A stretch of DNA of 64,000 nt from Candidatus Marinacidobacterium sp. (GCA_965262645.1 CBDHFO010000017.1:1784582-1848581), one strand, 5' to 3'; shown: positions 19,136-28,310, counted from the first letter of the stretch. Numbers and translations are program-made. Notes: generated from the letters alone by a model not told the origin.

Positions 19136-20818
19136 TCAGTCGTCGCAGTCTTCGGTCCCGTGCCCCGCGCCGAGCCACCGGCAGTCGCAGAGCGTCTTCG
19201 GCTCGCCGCGCGCCCCGGCCGGCGGTTCGTCGGGGAAGAGGAAGACAACGTCCACGTCCCGCGCGAAGAAGCGGTTGTAGAAGACTTGCAGGTTCGCATC
19301 CAGCTTCCGGTCGCCGGCCCGCCGTACCGCGCCCCACCCCGTCCGGCGGCACTCGCGGCACTGGACGAGCGGCAGGTGGAGCGCCCCGTCTTCGGCGGCG
19401 AGGTCGTCGGAGTGCCGCAGCGCGTAGCGGGCGCCGCCGGGCGTCTCCACCGGCCGGACGCTGCACACCATCCGACGCAGCTCCCGGACCCAGAGGTGCA
19501 GCCCGACCCGGAGGAAGGGCTGGAGCCGCGCGCCTTCCCCGTCCCCCGCCCGGCGGCGCGCTGCCGAGATCAACGCACAGAGGCCGTTCAGCACTGCCTG
19601 CGCCTCGTCGTCGTCCGCGACCGGGAGGCTCGGCCGGAGCTGGTCCACCACCTCGGGGAGCGGGCGCGGGCGTCCGTCCAGCACCCGCAGCAGGTTCACG
19701 AAGGCGCTGTGCCCGGGCAGCCGCTCCGCGAGCGCGGCCCGCCACTCCTTGCCGCCGAAGTTCTCCGGCGCGACGGTCGGGAAAAACAGCGCGCCCACCG
19801 ACCGGAGGTAGTCCTCGCCGCTCCCGAAGCGGGCGGGGTCCGCCGCCCCGGCGACGTCCGGATGCGGCGTCAGCACGTCCGTGATCAGGCTTTCGCCGAG
19901 GAACTCGTCAATTCCCTGCCGCGACTCGCCCACGATGGCGTCCTCGTCGAAGTCCGCCTTGAAGACGGCGGACACGTAGTCGAGCAGCTTCCCCTCCTGC
20001 CTCGCCTCCCCGAGCGTCGCCGAGGTCCCCACGCAGATCAGATCCTCCCCCGCGCCGAGCCGCACCCGGAGCCGCCGGATGAGGCAGGCGAGGTCGGTCC
20101 CCTGCGCCCCGTCGAAGGTGTGCAGTTCGTCCACCACCAGGTAGCGCAGCGCGCCGGGCGCGTTCCGCCGCCAGAGCCGCTGGTCCGAGGGCCGGACCAG
20201 CAGGTAGTCCAGCATCTTGTAGTTCGTGAGCAGGATGTCCGGCGGCTGGTCGAGCAGGGTCTCCCGGTCCGTGATCACCCGCTCCGGCCCCATCCCCGTC
20301 GCCCGCGGCCCCGCCTTCGCGTCCTCCCCGATGAAGAGTCCCGCAGTCACCCGCCCCCGGAGCTCCGGATTCCGGTGGATCGTCGCCGCGATCCGCCCCG
20401 CCTGGTCCGTCGCCAGCGCGTTCATCGGGTAGATCAGGATCGCCTTGATCCCCGGCTTCCCCGCCTCCCGCCGGCAGTGGTCGAGCACCGGCCACAGGAA
20501 GCACTCCGTCTTCCCCGACCCCGTCCCGGTGGCCACCACCGTCGAGCGCCCGACTCCGCTCCTCAGCCGCTCCATCGCCCGCCGCTGGTGCCGGTAGGGC
20601 GTGAACCCGAGCGGAATCTCCGGAAACGGCTCCCCACCCTCCGCCGCCCGCTGGAACGGCAAGGCAACGGAGAGATATGGCCCCTTGACCAGGTTCTCCG
20701 GCGTCCCCAGGAAGTCGTCCACGACCCCCGCCAGAGCCGGATTCGACGGCCCGAACCCGGTCCGCAGAAAGTCCGAGAGCGCCGTGACCACCTCTGCGGC
20801 AACGGCGGACGGGATCAC
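19136..20818 (-). CDS. N-terminal fragment of giant helicase: DExH RecA1 lobe plus Zn-finger insertion
   Basis: ATGTGSGKTECF (motif I), LVVDELHTFDG (motif II, DELH), GTSATLG (motif III) and CRECRRTGWG. Ends at the in-frame TGA 19136-19138. Confidence 0.8.
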   Translation of the reverse strand: MIPSAVAAEVVTALSDFLRTGFGPSNPALAGVVDDFLGTPENLVKGPYLSVALPFQRAAEGGEPFPEIPLGFTPYRHQRRAMERLRSGVGRSTVVATGTGSGKTECFLWPVLDHCRREAGKPGIKAILIYPMNALATDQAGRIAATIHRNPELRGRVTAGLFIGEDAKAGPRATGMGPERVITDRETLLDQPPDILLTNYKMLDYLLVRPSDQRLWRRNAPGALRYLVVDELHTFDGAQGTDLACLIRRLRVRLGAGEDLICVGTSATLGEARQEGKLLDYVSAVFKADFDEDAIVGESRQGIDEFLGESLITDVLTPHPDVAGAADPARFGSGEDYLRSVGALFFPTVAPENFGGKEWRAALAERLPGHSAFVNLLRVLDGRPRPLPEVVDQLRPSLPVADDDEAQAVLNGLCALISAARRRAGDGEGARLQPFLRVGLHLWVRELRRMVCSVRPVETPGGARYALRHSDDLAAEDGALHLPLVQCRECRRTGWGAVRRAGDRKLDANLQVFYNRFFARDVDVVFLFPDEPPAGARGEPKTLCDCRWLGAGHGTEDCDD

Positions 20819-20878
20819 GGAACGTCGGCCAAACTGATTGGCGGGTTCAGCACGCCGGCCTCGTGTCCACAGCTCGGC

Positions 20879-21307
20879 TTACTTATGCAGCGCCACTCTC
20901 ATGTGTCGGGCCGCGTCGGTTGCGTTGAGAATCCGCATCCCGCGATAGGGATGGAGCGCCAGCAGGTCTCCGTCTCCACTAACGATCAGGTCCGCGCCAG
21001 CGGCGATTCCGGTGGCGATCACGACATCGTCGTCAGGGTCCGACGGAACAGTTCGCGGGACGGATTGCAGGGCGACGAACTCTGATGCGAGAGCGTACCG
21101 GGCCGCCAACTGGAGGGGAGTCTTCCGGTGTTGCAGAAATTTCGGCCGGAATTTCGGCCTGCCCAAGACCTCGACGAGTTCGGCCATCAGGCGGCGACTC
21201 GTGAACAACGTAACCCTTCGGTCGTCCGCGAGATCCAGAATGAGCTGCGGGTTTCCGCCCCAGAGCAAGCCCGAGACGACAGTGTTCGTGTCAAGAACCA
21301 GTCGCAC
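20879..21307 (-). CDS. PIN-domain toxin (VapC-like)
   Basis: LVLDTNTVVSGLL and DDDVVIATGIAAGADLIVSGDGDLL PIN signatures. Overlaps the upstream small antitoxin ORF. Confidence 0.8.
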   Translation of the reverse strand: MRLVLDTNTVVSGLLWGGNPQLILDLADDRRVTLFTSRRLMAELVEVLGRPKFRPKFLQHRKTPLQLAARYALASEFVALQSVPRTVPSDPDDDVVIATGIAAGADLIVSGDGDLLALHPYRGMRILNATDAARHMRVALHK

Positions 21308-21533
21308 GCCGCCGCCTTTCAGCGCGGACGGCGTTCACTTCTGCCTGGATCTCCTCCATCGTCATGGGTGGGATGTTGTCCGCTGCCATTCCCCGGGCGT
21401 CCCGAAGAAGTTCCCCGAGGTTAAACCGGCGGAGCTGCTCCCGAAAGATCGCCTCCACCGCGTCCGGAGCGAGAAGACCAGCCTTCTCGATCTCCCTCTC
21501 AAGATCCTCCGGCAGTTCCAGAGTGACAGCCAT
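21291..21533 (-). CDS. putative antitoxin partner of the PIN toxin
   Basis: 80-aa acidic/helical ORF overlapping the PIN gene start by 17 nt. Typical type II TA arrangement. Confidence 0.6.
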   Translation of the reverse strand: MAVTLELPEDLEREIEKAGLLAPDAVEAIFREQLRRFNLGELLRDARGMAADNIPPMTMEEIQAEVNAVRAERRRRATGS

Positions 21534-21606
21534 GATGTTCCCCGCGCCCCGCAGCCGAGGCGAACTCGCATCCTACCACCGCCCCCACCCCGGCCGGAGC
21601 GCCCCG

Positions 21607-21650
21607 GGAACGCCGGTGTTCACACCGGCACCGTCCGCCGAAGGCGGACG
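21607..21650. repeat. REP-like hairpin pair
   Basis: CCGGTGTTCACACCGG (21613-21628) and GTCCGCCGAAGGCGGAC (21633-21649). Confidence 0.5.
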
Positions 21651-21741
21651 AAACGCACAACTCTCCTACTCCCGGATGACGCTGCCGGCTTGGACCGCCG
21701 ACCAAGGCCTTCGGCGCTGTCCAGCTCCGGGAGCTCCAACC

Positions 21742-22353
21742 TCAGTGCTCGTTCGGAGAGCGGCCCCACGCTTCCAGACAGCTCAGGAGGAAGTCCACGG
21801 GAAGTGCTGCCGGATTCGAATAGCGCCCGTACGCGTTCAGACCCGGCATGGCGCAAAGCCAGCCCGTCTCACCCCGATTGCCGAAGAGGACATGAACCAC
21901 CGCCTGGGTTCGGGGAGCCTTGAAGGACAAGGAAATCTCTCCGTCCGGCGTCGGGTACACGTTCGGCGCCAATGGTTGGTGCGCAAGGGCACGCAGCGCC
22001 CTCCGCGCCGCTGACCGCGCCTCGTCGTCCACCGGAGGGAGCCCGTCCTCCTCGATCTCCTCATCAATGCCGTCCAGTTCCATCAGGGCTTCCGGCAGCC
22101 AACCTGCAACTGCCCCAACCTTCCCTCGCCCATCGGCGCGAGCCGCCACACCCCTCTTGCCCTTCGGCATCGCTGACGCGAGAGCACCCCTTAGAGCGGC
22201 CTCCAGGGCGGCAACCGCTTCGGGATTCACGGCGTCCGCCCCGCCCGCAACCTTCCCCGGATCATCCGGCAGGGTGATGTGCAGCGTCGTCACGACAGTC
22301 TTCTCGGCCTGCAAGAGCCAACCGGCCAATGTAGCACCGACCCGCCACACCAA
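21742..22353 (-). CDS. hypothetical protein (start uncertain)
   Basis: The C-terminal half reads like real protein (YPTPDGEISLSFKAPRTQAVVHVLFGNRGETGWLCAMPGLNAYGRY). The track start is TTG. No family motif recognised. Confidence 0.4.
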   Translation of the reverse strand: MVWRVGATLAGWLLQAEKTVVTTLHITLPDDPGKVAGGADAVNPEAVAALEAALRGALASAMPKGKRGVAARADGRGKVGAVAGWLPEALMELDGIDEEIEEDGLPPVDDEARSAARRALRALAHQPLAPNVYPTPDGEISLSFKAPRTQAVVHVLFGNRGETGWLCAMPGLNAYGRYSNPAALPVDFLLSCLEAWGRSPNEH

Positions 22354-22539
22354 CGACCGCGCCCCGTACCGCCCGCGAAGCCACGTCCAGGCGGGGGCCG
22401 CCGACCGAAAACGCAGCCACGCCGGAACACCGAGAGCCGCCGTCGGGGGTCAGAGACCGCCGACTTCCAGGTCGGCCCAGCCTCCCGGTGGGGGCCGCGC
22501 GGGAGCACGACCCCTCCCGGACAGCGCGACGCTACGCGT

Positions 22540-23385
22540 TCAAGCATCGCCGTCCGTCGGTTCAAGCCTTGGGGGCACCAGGTAGCCCGGCACGGAGATG
22601 TGGTATGTGGGATGAAACGTCCCGCCTTCGACAAGCGCCCGCGGCCCGGAACCGAACGCGACCCGCCCAGCGTCGAGATACTTTCGCCAACTGTGCCCGT
22701 GCCGGTCCGCAAAGACGAAGAACAGTCGGCGGACCTTCACGCTTCGGCAGGCTGCCAGCAGCGTCATGAGCGGTTCCGGCCGCATGGACACCAGCCCTTC
22801 AAAGATCTTGTCGAGATGGTCGAAGCTAGCGTTGCCGGGCAGTTCGTCCAGCGCCTCGAGGATCGCCCGTTCGGGAGACGAAGACCGGACGGGCCAGCGC
22901 CACACCTCGACCGCCAGTCCGCCAGCTCCCGCCGCGCCGCTGGCTTCCGTGATGCCGACAGGATCGTTTCCGAACAGCTTGCATTGGCGCAGGACCATCC
23001 GTTCCCGCATCGGCAGGCGTTTCAGCCAGGACGGCACGTCGCCGTAGAGATGGACGCGAGGCCTGCCCCCGAGGCTCAGATAGTGCACATGGCCGGCAAG
23101 ATCGAGGGCGCTCTCGCCGCCCAGGTGCACGTCGTAGCCCATGAGCCGTTGCAGCGAGACGAGGACGACTTCCCAGGACGCCCCACTCACCGCGACGTTT
23201 GCCGGCAGCGGACGGCGATAGACCCCGCGCAGCACCCGCTCAAGCCATCCCCGAGCGACGTAGCCGTGGATGGACTTGGGGTCGATTCCACGGGCTTTGA
23301 GCCATGGCGTATCGACCATGAAACCGGGCGGGACCGTGTCGAGTAGAGGCTTTAGCCGAGGCTCTCTTTGATGGCTCATAGCCAC
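22540..23385 (-). CDS. AbiEi-family (type IV TA antitoxin-like) transcriptional regulator, no cognate AbiEii adjacent
   Basis: N-terminal wHTH-like GFMVDTPWLKARGIDPKSIHGYVARGWLERVLRGVYRRP and ...SPERAILEALDELP, typical of AbiEi_4-type proteins (recalled, not searched). Confidence 0.65.
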   Translation of the reverse strand: MAMSHQREPRLKPLLDTVPPGFMVDTPWLKARGIDPKSIHGYVARGWLERVLRGVYRRPLPANVAVSGASWEVVLVSLQRLMGYDVHLGGESALDLAGHVHYLSLGGRPRVHLYGDVPSWLKRLPMRERMVLRQCKLFGNDPVGITEASGAAGAGGLAVEVWRWPVRSSSPERAILEALDELPGNASFDHLDKIFEGLVSMRPEPLMTLLAACRSVKVRRLFFVFADRHGHSWRKYLDAGRVAFGSGPRALVEGGTFHPTYHISVPGYLVPPRLEPTDGDA

Positions 23386-23634
23386 TAAATTACAAAACTA
23401 TCGCACTAGAGTCCAGAAGTTCTTTCCACAAGGTCCGATTGCATGGCTAACAACCATCTAAGTTGGCAAGTCGACACAGCATGCGGCTTCCTGCTGCCCA
23501 CCGCCAGGCCGCACTCGCAGTCCGCTGAGCGACCCCCTACCCCAGACAGCACCGCCGGCAACGGACCGCCGACCTCCGGTCGGCATCGCGCGGGAGCGCG
23601 AAACCGGCTTGGATGGCGCTGCGCTCTGTGAACG

Positions 23635-24546
23635 TCAATACGCCTCCACGCTGATCCAGCCCCGATCGAGGAAATGGCGGTACACCATCTCCCGACTCAG
23701 GTTGAGATCCTCGGCAACAGCAATACGGACAGCTGCCGACTCGCTGGGCTGTTTATCCGCCATCAGCCGATCCAGCTCCGCTGGCGGTAGCAACAGGTCG
23801 GCGGCAAAGCGGTTACAGCGGATCTCCACGCTCCGGCTCGCCGTCGGAAGGCGATCCAGTACGTCGGCGGGCACCGGATCGAGGCCGCTGGTCTCGCGGA
23901 GCAGGTGTCCGAGCTCGTGGAACAGGGTGAAGATCTGCCGCGTGGCGCTCCGCGAGCTGTTCACGTAGATGACCGGCAGCTCAGGGTCGTAGATCGAGAA
24001 GCCGCAGTAGTCGTCCTCGCGGAACGCGTCCTTGAAGACGAACACCCCGGCCTCGTAGAGCGCGTCGCGCCACTCCTTGAACGCCGTCGGCGTGTCGGTC
24101 CAGCCACGTTGATCTTCGAGGGAAACTCCGAGGATTGCCCGTACTTCCTCCGGATCGGGTGCGCTATCTCGAAACGCCGGCAAAATGGGCTGTTCAACCG
24201 GCCTGCGGCCCTCGGTGAGCTCGGTGAGGCTGATCTGGCACGCCTGCGCCTTGCGAACTAGCAGGTGCATGCGGGTCGGCAGTCCCGCGAACTCGCGCTC
24301 CGGCAGGGTCCGGAACGAGCGCGACGGCTCCGGTACGTCGGGTGGCTCCGGAAAGAACAGGACGGACACGGGCACTTTGAAGCGATCCGCCACGGATTCC
24401 AACTGGACGTAGGTGGGGGCCTTGCCGTGGGACTCCCAGGCGTGAATGTCACGGAAATGCAGCTCCGCCGCTTCGAGCGAGTAACCAGCGCGCTCACGCG
24501 CCCAGCCGATGAGATCGGGGTTGATCGCCAAGCGGTCGGAGGTCAT
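23635..24546 (-). CDS. XRE-type HTH fused to ImmA/IrrE (M78) metallopeptidase
   Basis: Start MTSDRL at 24546. HEXXH motif in LFHELGHLL. The N-terminus resembles a Cro/C1 HTH. Confidence 0.8.
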   Translation of the reverse strand: MTSDRLAINPDLIGWARERAGYSLEAAELHFRDIHAWESHGKAPTYVQLESVADRFKVPVSVLFFPEPPDVPEPSRSFRTLPEREFAGLPTRMHLLVRKAQACQISLTELTEGRRPVEQPILPAFRDSAPDPEEVRAILGVSLEDQRGWTDTPTAFKEWRDALYEAGVFVFKDAFREDDYCGFSIYDPELPVIYVNSSRSATRQIFTLFHELGHLLRETSGLDPVPADVLDRLPTASRSVEIRCNRFAADLLLPPAELDRLMADKQPSESAAVRIAVAEDLNLSREMVYRHFLDRGWISVEAY

Positions 24547-24999
24547 GGGGTGGGTGCCGGTCGGCGCGGAGGGTAGCGGAACGCGACTACCCCTCAAGTG
24601 ACCGGAACCCGCCCAGACGCCCGGACGACCGAGGCCACAGTCCCGCCATGCCAACGCGCCTGGACTCTCTCCTCAACCCCGGACTGCGCTGCCGGCGTGG
24701 ACCGCCGGACCTCTGGTCGGCACCGCGCACCTCTCGGCCCCGTATCGCGCCCCCACCAGAAGCGCGCTGCCCTCCTGGCAGGCGTGGCGCTCCGATGTCC
24801 TATGACTTCGACGGAGCCGTTCGCAGGCATTCCAGGCGAAAGTAGCGATGCGATACGGTTTGAGAGGACGGCTGTGACAAGGGCGCAGCGGTTCGACGTG
24901 CGTCCCGCGCAGGTTCAGGACTGCCGGAAGCGGGGAGAGCGGGATCCGATGGAGTGCGGCGCCCTCTGGTTCGCACGAGTCGGTCCGTCGCTCATGTCG

Positions 25000-25031
25000 T
25001 ATATTGGACCGCTCCCAGACGCCTGCGTCTG
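25000..25031 (+). promoter_or_regulatory. candidate -10 box plus palindromic operator upstream of the Zn-ribbon/methyltransferase module
   Basis: TATATT at 25000-25005, conspicuous in a G+C-rich genome. Perfect inverted repeat CAGACGC-ct-GCGTCTG at 25016-25031, about 40 nt upstream of the ATG at 25070. Confidence 0.3.
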
Positions 25032-25069
25032 CAGGCACACGTTCGGACGAGAGGAGTGCCCCGATCATC

Positions 25070-25327
25070 ATGGCAGATAACAGATTGCAGCTATTCTCAG
25101 TTCCAGCGACCTTTCTGGACGGAACAACGGTGGAAGTCAGAGCGGAGGGAAACAATGCGGCGTGGCATTGTCCGTGCGGCACCCCGCTGCCGTTGGTGGG
25201 GCGCTGCTATTACCAATTCGGACAGGACTGCCATACGGTGTGTCCGGACTGCGGACGGACTTACAGGGTTCACAAGGATGTCGCCACGAAACGAACGAAG
25301 TCTGTGGAAGAGGTCCCGCCGCTGTGA
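25070..25327 (+). CDS. small Zn-ribbon protein
   Basis: MADNRLQLF... with CPC...CPDC cysteines. GAGGAG upstream. The stop overlaps the next ORF's start (GTGA). Confidence 0.5.
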   Translation: MADNRLQLFSVPATFLDGTTVEVRAEGNNAAWHCPCGTPLPLVGRCYYQFGQDCHTVCPDCGRTYRVHKDVATKRTKSVEEVPPL

Positions 25328-25572
25328 CCCCCCCTGATGACTGCCCCTTGTGCGGGCGCAGACTGATCGAAGCCCACTGGATTTCCGAATACAGTCAGTT
25401 TCTCTTCACCTACCCTTCCTGCACCACGTTCACGATCCCCCCGGAACTGGACAAATCGTTCAGAACTGAGTTTAGGGGCGATCCCGACATTCCGCGCCTT
25501 TCCCGCTACCTGCGTGAGGCCGGAGAGGACGACAACAGGGAGATCACTGTCGAGTCGTGGCGCACTGTGTAG
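25324..25572 (+). CDS. small hypothetical protein with an N-terminal CPLCG knuckle
   Basis: GTG at 25324 overlaps the previous TGA. 82 codons. Ends 51 nt before the methyltransferase ATG. Confidence 0.35.
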   Translation: MTPPDDCPLCGRRLIEAHWISEYSQFLFTYPSCTTFTIPPELDKSFRTEFRGDPDIPRLSRYLREAGEDDNREITVESWRTV

Positions 25573-25623
25573 GACAACAATTGTCGCTTGTACTTGGGAT
25601 CGCGACTTGGTACGGTATGTGCT

Positions 25624-26838
25624 ATGGCGACAATCACCCTCCAGCGCAACGTCCAATTCCTGTATGAGGAACACCTAGCCCGGGCCGAGGCTCAGGCCCT
25701 CGGGTGTGGTCTGTGGGATCGCGACGAGGGCAGCCTGCGGCAGGTGCGAGTGGATGTCAATGGGGAGTCCTCTGCTGTGCTGCGCCGAGCGGCCTACGTG
25801 GGAGCCCTCGACGGGGAAGACACGATCTATGAGCAGTTGATCCGGCCCAAGTTCCAGGGTGGGGCTTTCAACAGGACCCGCTCCGTAAATCAGTACCTGA
25901 CCCATTGGATCTATCCGTATCGCGGGAAGTTCCACCCCCAGATGGTCCGTGCGCTCCTCAACATCCTGGGTGTCACGCGGGGATCTCTCGTGCTGGATCC
26001 GCAGGTTGGGAGCGGGACTACCGCACTGGAGGCATCGCTGCTCGGAATCCGGTGTATTGGCGTCGATATCTCCCCACTGTGCGTCCTGCTGACCCGGGTG
26101 AAGACCCGATCCGTCGAGGCGGTGGGCCCGCTCCGGGAGCGCGTAGAAGCGCTCCTAGATAACGAAACGCTAGATCCTGCCGACGCTTCGCTCGCCCTCG
26201 ACGATAACCCGCTCGTCGCCGACTTTGTCCAGGTGGCGCGGATGACGACTCTGAGTGACGTGTCGCGGCGGAAGCGGGACGGGCATACCTGGTTCCGGAG
26301 AAACCTGTCGGCCATGCTGGAATCTGTAGAAGCCCATGCCCAGGCCCTCAAGGTGTTCGACATCCGCCCTGGTCAGGTTTCCGCCATCCGGGGAGACGCG
26401 CGAAATCTGCGCGCCTCGGGAATCGAAGATGCGACGATCGACGCAGTTGTCACGTCGCCTCCCTATTCGATCGCACTGGACTACGTGAAGAACGACGAGC
26501 ACGCGCTGGAGGCCCTTGGGATAGATCTGGAAGCCCTCCGGATGGAAATGACGGGAGTTCGCGGCCAAGGGCCCAAGGAAAAAATGACCCTCTACAACGA
26601 AGACATACAGACGATGTTCTGTGAGGTAGCGCGAGTATTGAAACCCGGTGCGAAGGCCGCGTTCGTAGTCGGCGACGCTACCGTTGATGGGCGGGAGTTG
26701 ACCACGACCAAGGATATGAAGACCTGGGCAACGAGCGCCGGCCTAGAGTTCGAGGGGGAGGTTCAGAAGGTGATCTTCGGCCTCTACAGTACGATGAAGG
26801 ACGAAATGATCCTGTTGTTCAAGAAGCCCCCTCAATAG
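25624..26838 (+). CDS. DNA methyltransferase (N6-adenine or N4-cytosine, SPPY type)
   Basis: Motif I VLDPQVGSGTTALEA precedes motif IV VVTSPPYSIALDY. ATG at 25624 preferred over the track's TTG at 25588. Confidence 0.8.
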   Translation: MATITLQRNVQFLYEEHLARAEAQALGCGLWDRDEGSLRQVRVDVNGESSAVLRRAAYVGALDGEDTIYEQLIRPKFQGGAFNRTRSVNQYLTHWIYPYRGKFHPQMVRALLNILGVTRGSLVLDPQVGSGTTALEASLLGIRCIGVDISPLCVLLTRVKTRSVEAVGPLRERVEALLDNETLDPADASLALDDNPLVADFVQVARMTTLSDVSRRKRDGHTWFRRNLSAMLESVEAHAQALKVFDIRPGQVSAIRGDARNLRASGIEDATIDAVVTSPPYSIALDYVKNDEHALEALGIDLEALRMEMTGVRGQGPKEKMTLYNEDIQTMFCEVARVLKPGAKAAFVVGDATVDGRELTTTKDMKTWATSAGLEFEGEVQKVIFGLYSTMKDEMILLFKKPPQ

Positions 26839-27218
26839 GGCGGCAGCCTCTTCACGTGAATGCAGCGATGCCTGCGTCGCGGTCTAGGAGAGCGTCACGT
26901 GCCAGTGGCGCTCGATGCTCCAGGAGGACGTGAACGGCGTGACTAGCGCTACATCTAGCACCCCTTGGAGAATGCACGTATCGGGGTCCGACGCAGGAAG
27001 CACCGCGGCGTGCGAGGACGATGAGACGGCCCTTGGGGCGGCAAGGAAGCTGGAACATAGTCCGGACGTGCCGCACGATGGCCCAGAGGCGAGCCGGCTG
27101 GCGGAATGACGCGAACACAAGAACGACAAACCCTGATGTCAGCCGAAGTGTTGCGTCGTGCCGGAATCCTTGGGCTCGATGCTCTCCGACCCGTGTCGTC
27201 GGTTCTCGCCCGAGCGGA

Positions 27219-28310
27219 TTACAGAGTGCCGCTGACGATCTTGTCGTGCAGTATCAACATCGCGAGCGCGTCTAGCAGCACGAGGTACTTCAGGGCCATG
27301 TCCCTCGTCTCGAAGTCGGTAAAGGCTCCGTGGACGATACCGTGCCGGTTTATCTCGTGTCTGGGGTCGTCGATTTTGGCAGTGTCCCTCCAGAATGTCC
27401 CCGTCTTGAGAAAGCCGAGTATCAATTCAAGGACAGGCGCTGGAAATAAAAGAATACTCCGCGAAAACACAAGCGCCCCGAGTTGACTCACCATGTCCTT
27501 GAATCCGCTCTCGGGCGACTCACCGGCGACTAACAAGTAGTCCTTCACAATGCCTTCAAACTGGGGCACGAGCACGTAAATCGAACTAATCCAGTCGCCC
27601 TCAAGATACTCGTCAACTGCCTTCTGGATGTAGCGCAGCCTGCCGGGAAAGAACTGCGCCTCTTTCCACAGCGCCATCTTTTGTTGCCAAAACTCGACGT
27701 TGTACGTGGCAGACACGGTGTCTGCGAATTCCGACTCTTGCAGCTTTCCAGGGTTTCGGTGCGCATAAGCAATGACATTCGGAAAATAGCCGGGAGCCGG
27801 CGGCCAGTTGATGGTCGCCAGTTGTCGAAACTTGTCCACCGGTTTGACCGCCTCGAGAAACTCTCGCATACGGACGAAGTCCGCAATCGGTACCGGCATC
27901 AGTTGCCGGATTTCGTCAGACTCGCTCTGGGTAAAGTCGAAGGGGATCTGAAAATTCAAGAAAGCCGAACGAAGCAGGAAATACGATCGGGGCATCCCGT
28001 CCACAATCGGCGGCCCTAGCACGGCAGAGTCAACGTCGATGTCGTCGAGGTGCACCGTCTGCCCCACCTTCATGGCCTTCCGCGGCTTGACACTTACCCT
28101 GAGTTGTACTTGCTCGTTCAGCTCGACCGAATGGCCGGGCCCAGGCTGAACAACCCTGAATTGGTGAACATGCAACGGAAGGCCGGCGGCCGCGATTGCG
28201 CCTGACCTAACACGTCTACCGATCTCCGGCAGCACGAAGATCTGCAGCATTTGTGAGACAGGGCGATACAGCATGATTTCGCTCTGCGCTGGCTCCATGG
28301 CTTCGGTCAT
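27219..28310 (-). CDS. hypothetical protein with a C-terminal HEPN/Abi_C-like Rx4H motif
   Basis: 363 aa, lower G+C. ...DDPRHEINRHGIVHGAFTDFE fits Rx4HG of HEPN nucleases. The N-terminal region of about 250 aa is unrecognised. Confidence 0.55.
   Translation of the reverse strand: MTEAMEPAQSEIMLYRPVSQMLQIFVLPEIGRRVRSGAIAAAGLPLHVHQFRVVQPGPGHSVELNEQVQLRVSVKPRKAMKVGQTVHLDDIDVDSAVLGPPIVDGMPRSYFLLRSAFLNFQIPFDFTQSESDEIRQLMPVPIADFVRMREFLEAVKPVDKFRQLATINWPPAPGYFPNVIAYAHRNPGKLQESEFADTVSATYNVEFWQQKMALWKEAQFFPGRLRYIQKAVDEYLEGDWISSIYVLVPQFEGIVKDYLLVAGESPESGFKDMVSQLGALVFSRSILLFPAPVLELILGFLKTGTFWRDTAKIDDPRHEINRHGIVHGAFTDFETRDMALKYLVLLDALAMLILHDKIVSGTL

Noticed and set aside
19136-19138. In-frame TGA as selenocysteine, recoded Trp/Gly, or programmed read-through.
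   Set aside because: TGA terminates many genes in this window, including at ATGA/GTGA overlaps. I see no evident SECIS-like stem just downstream, and the codon is not in a redox-type Cys motif position I can justify. A nonsense mutation or sequencing error is the simpler explanation.
26839-27218. Missing restriction endonuclease or small gene between the methyltransferase and the convergent HEPN-like gene.
   Set aside because: Only short overlapping ORFs of 64-88 aa are present, with no motifs or ribosome-binding sites. I treat the stretch as non-coding.
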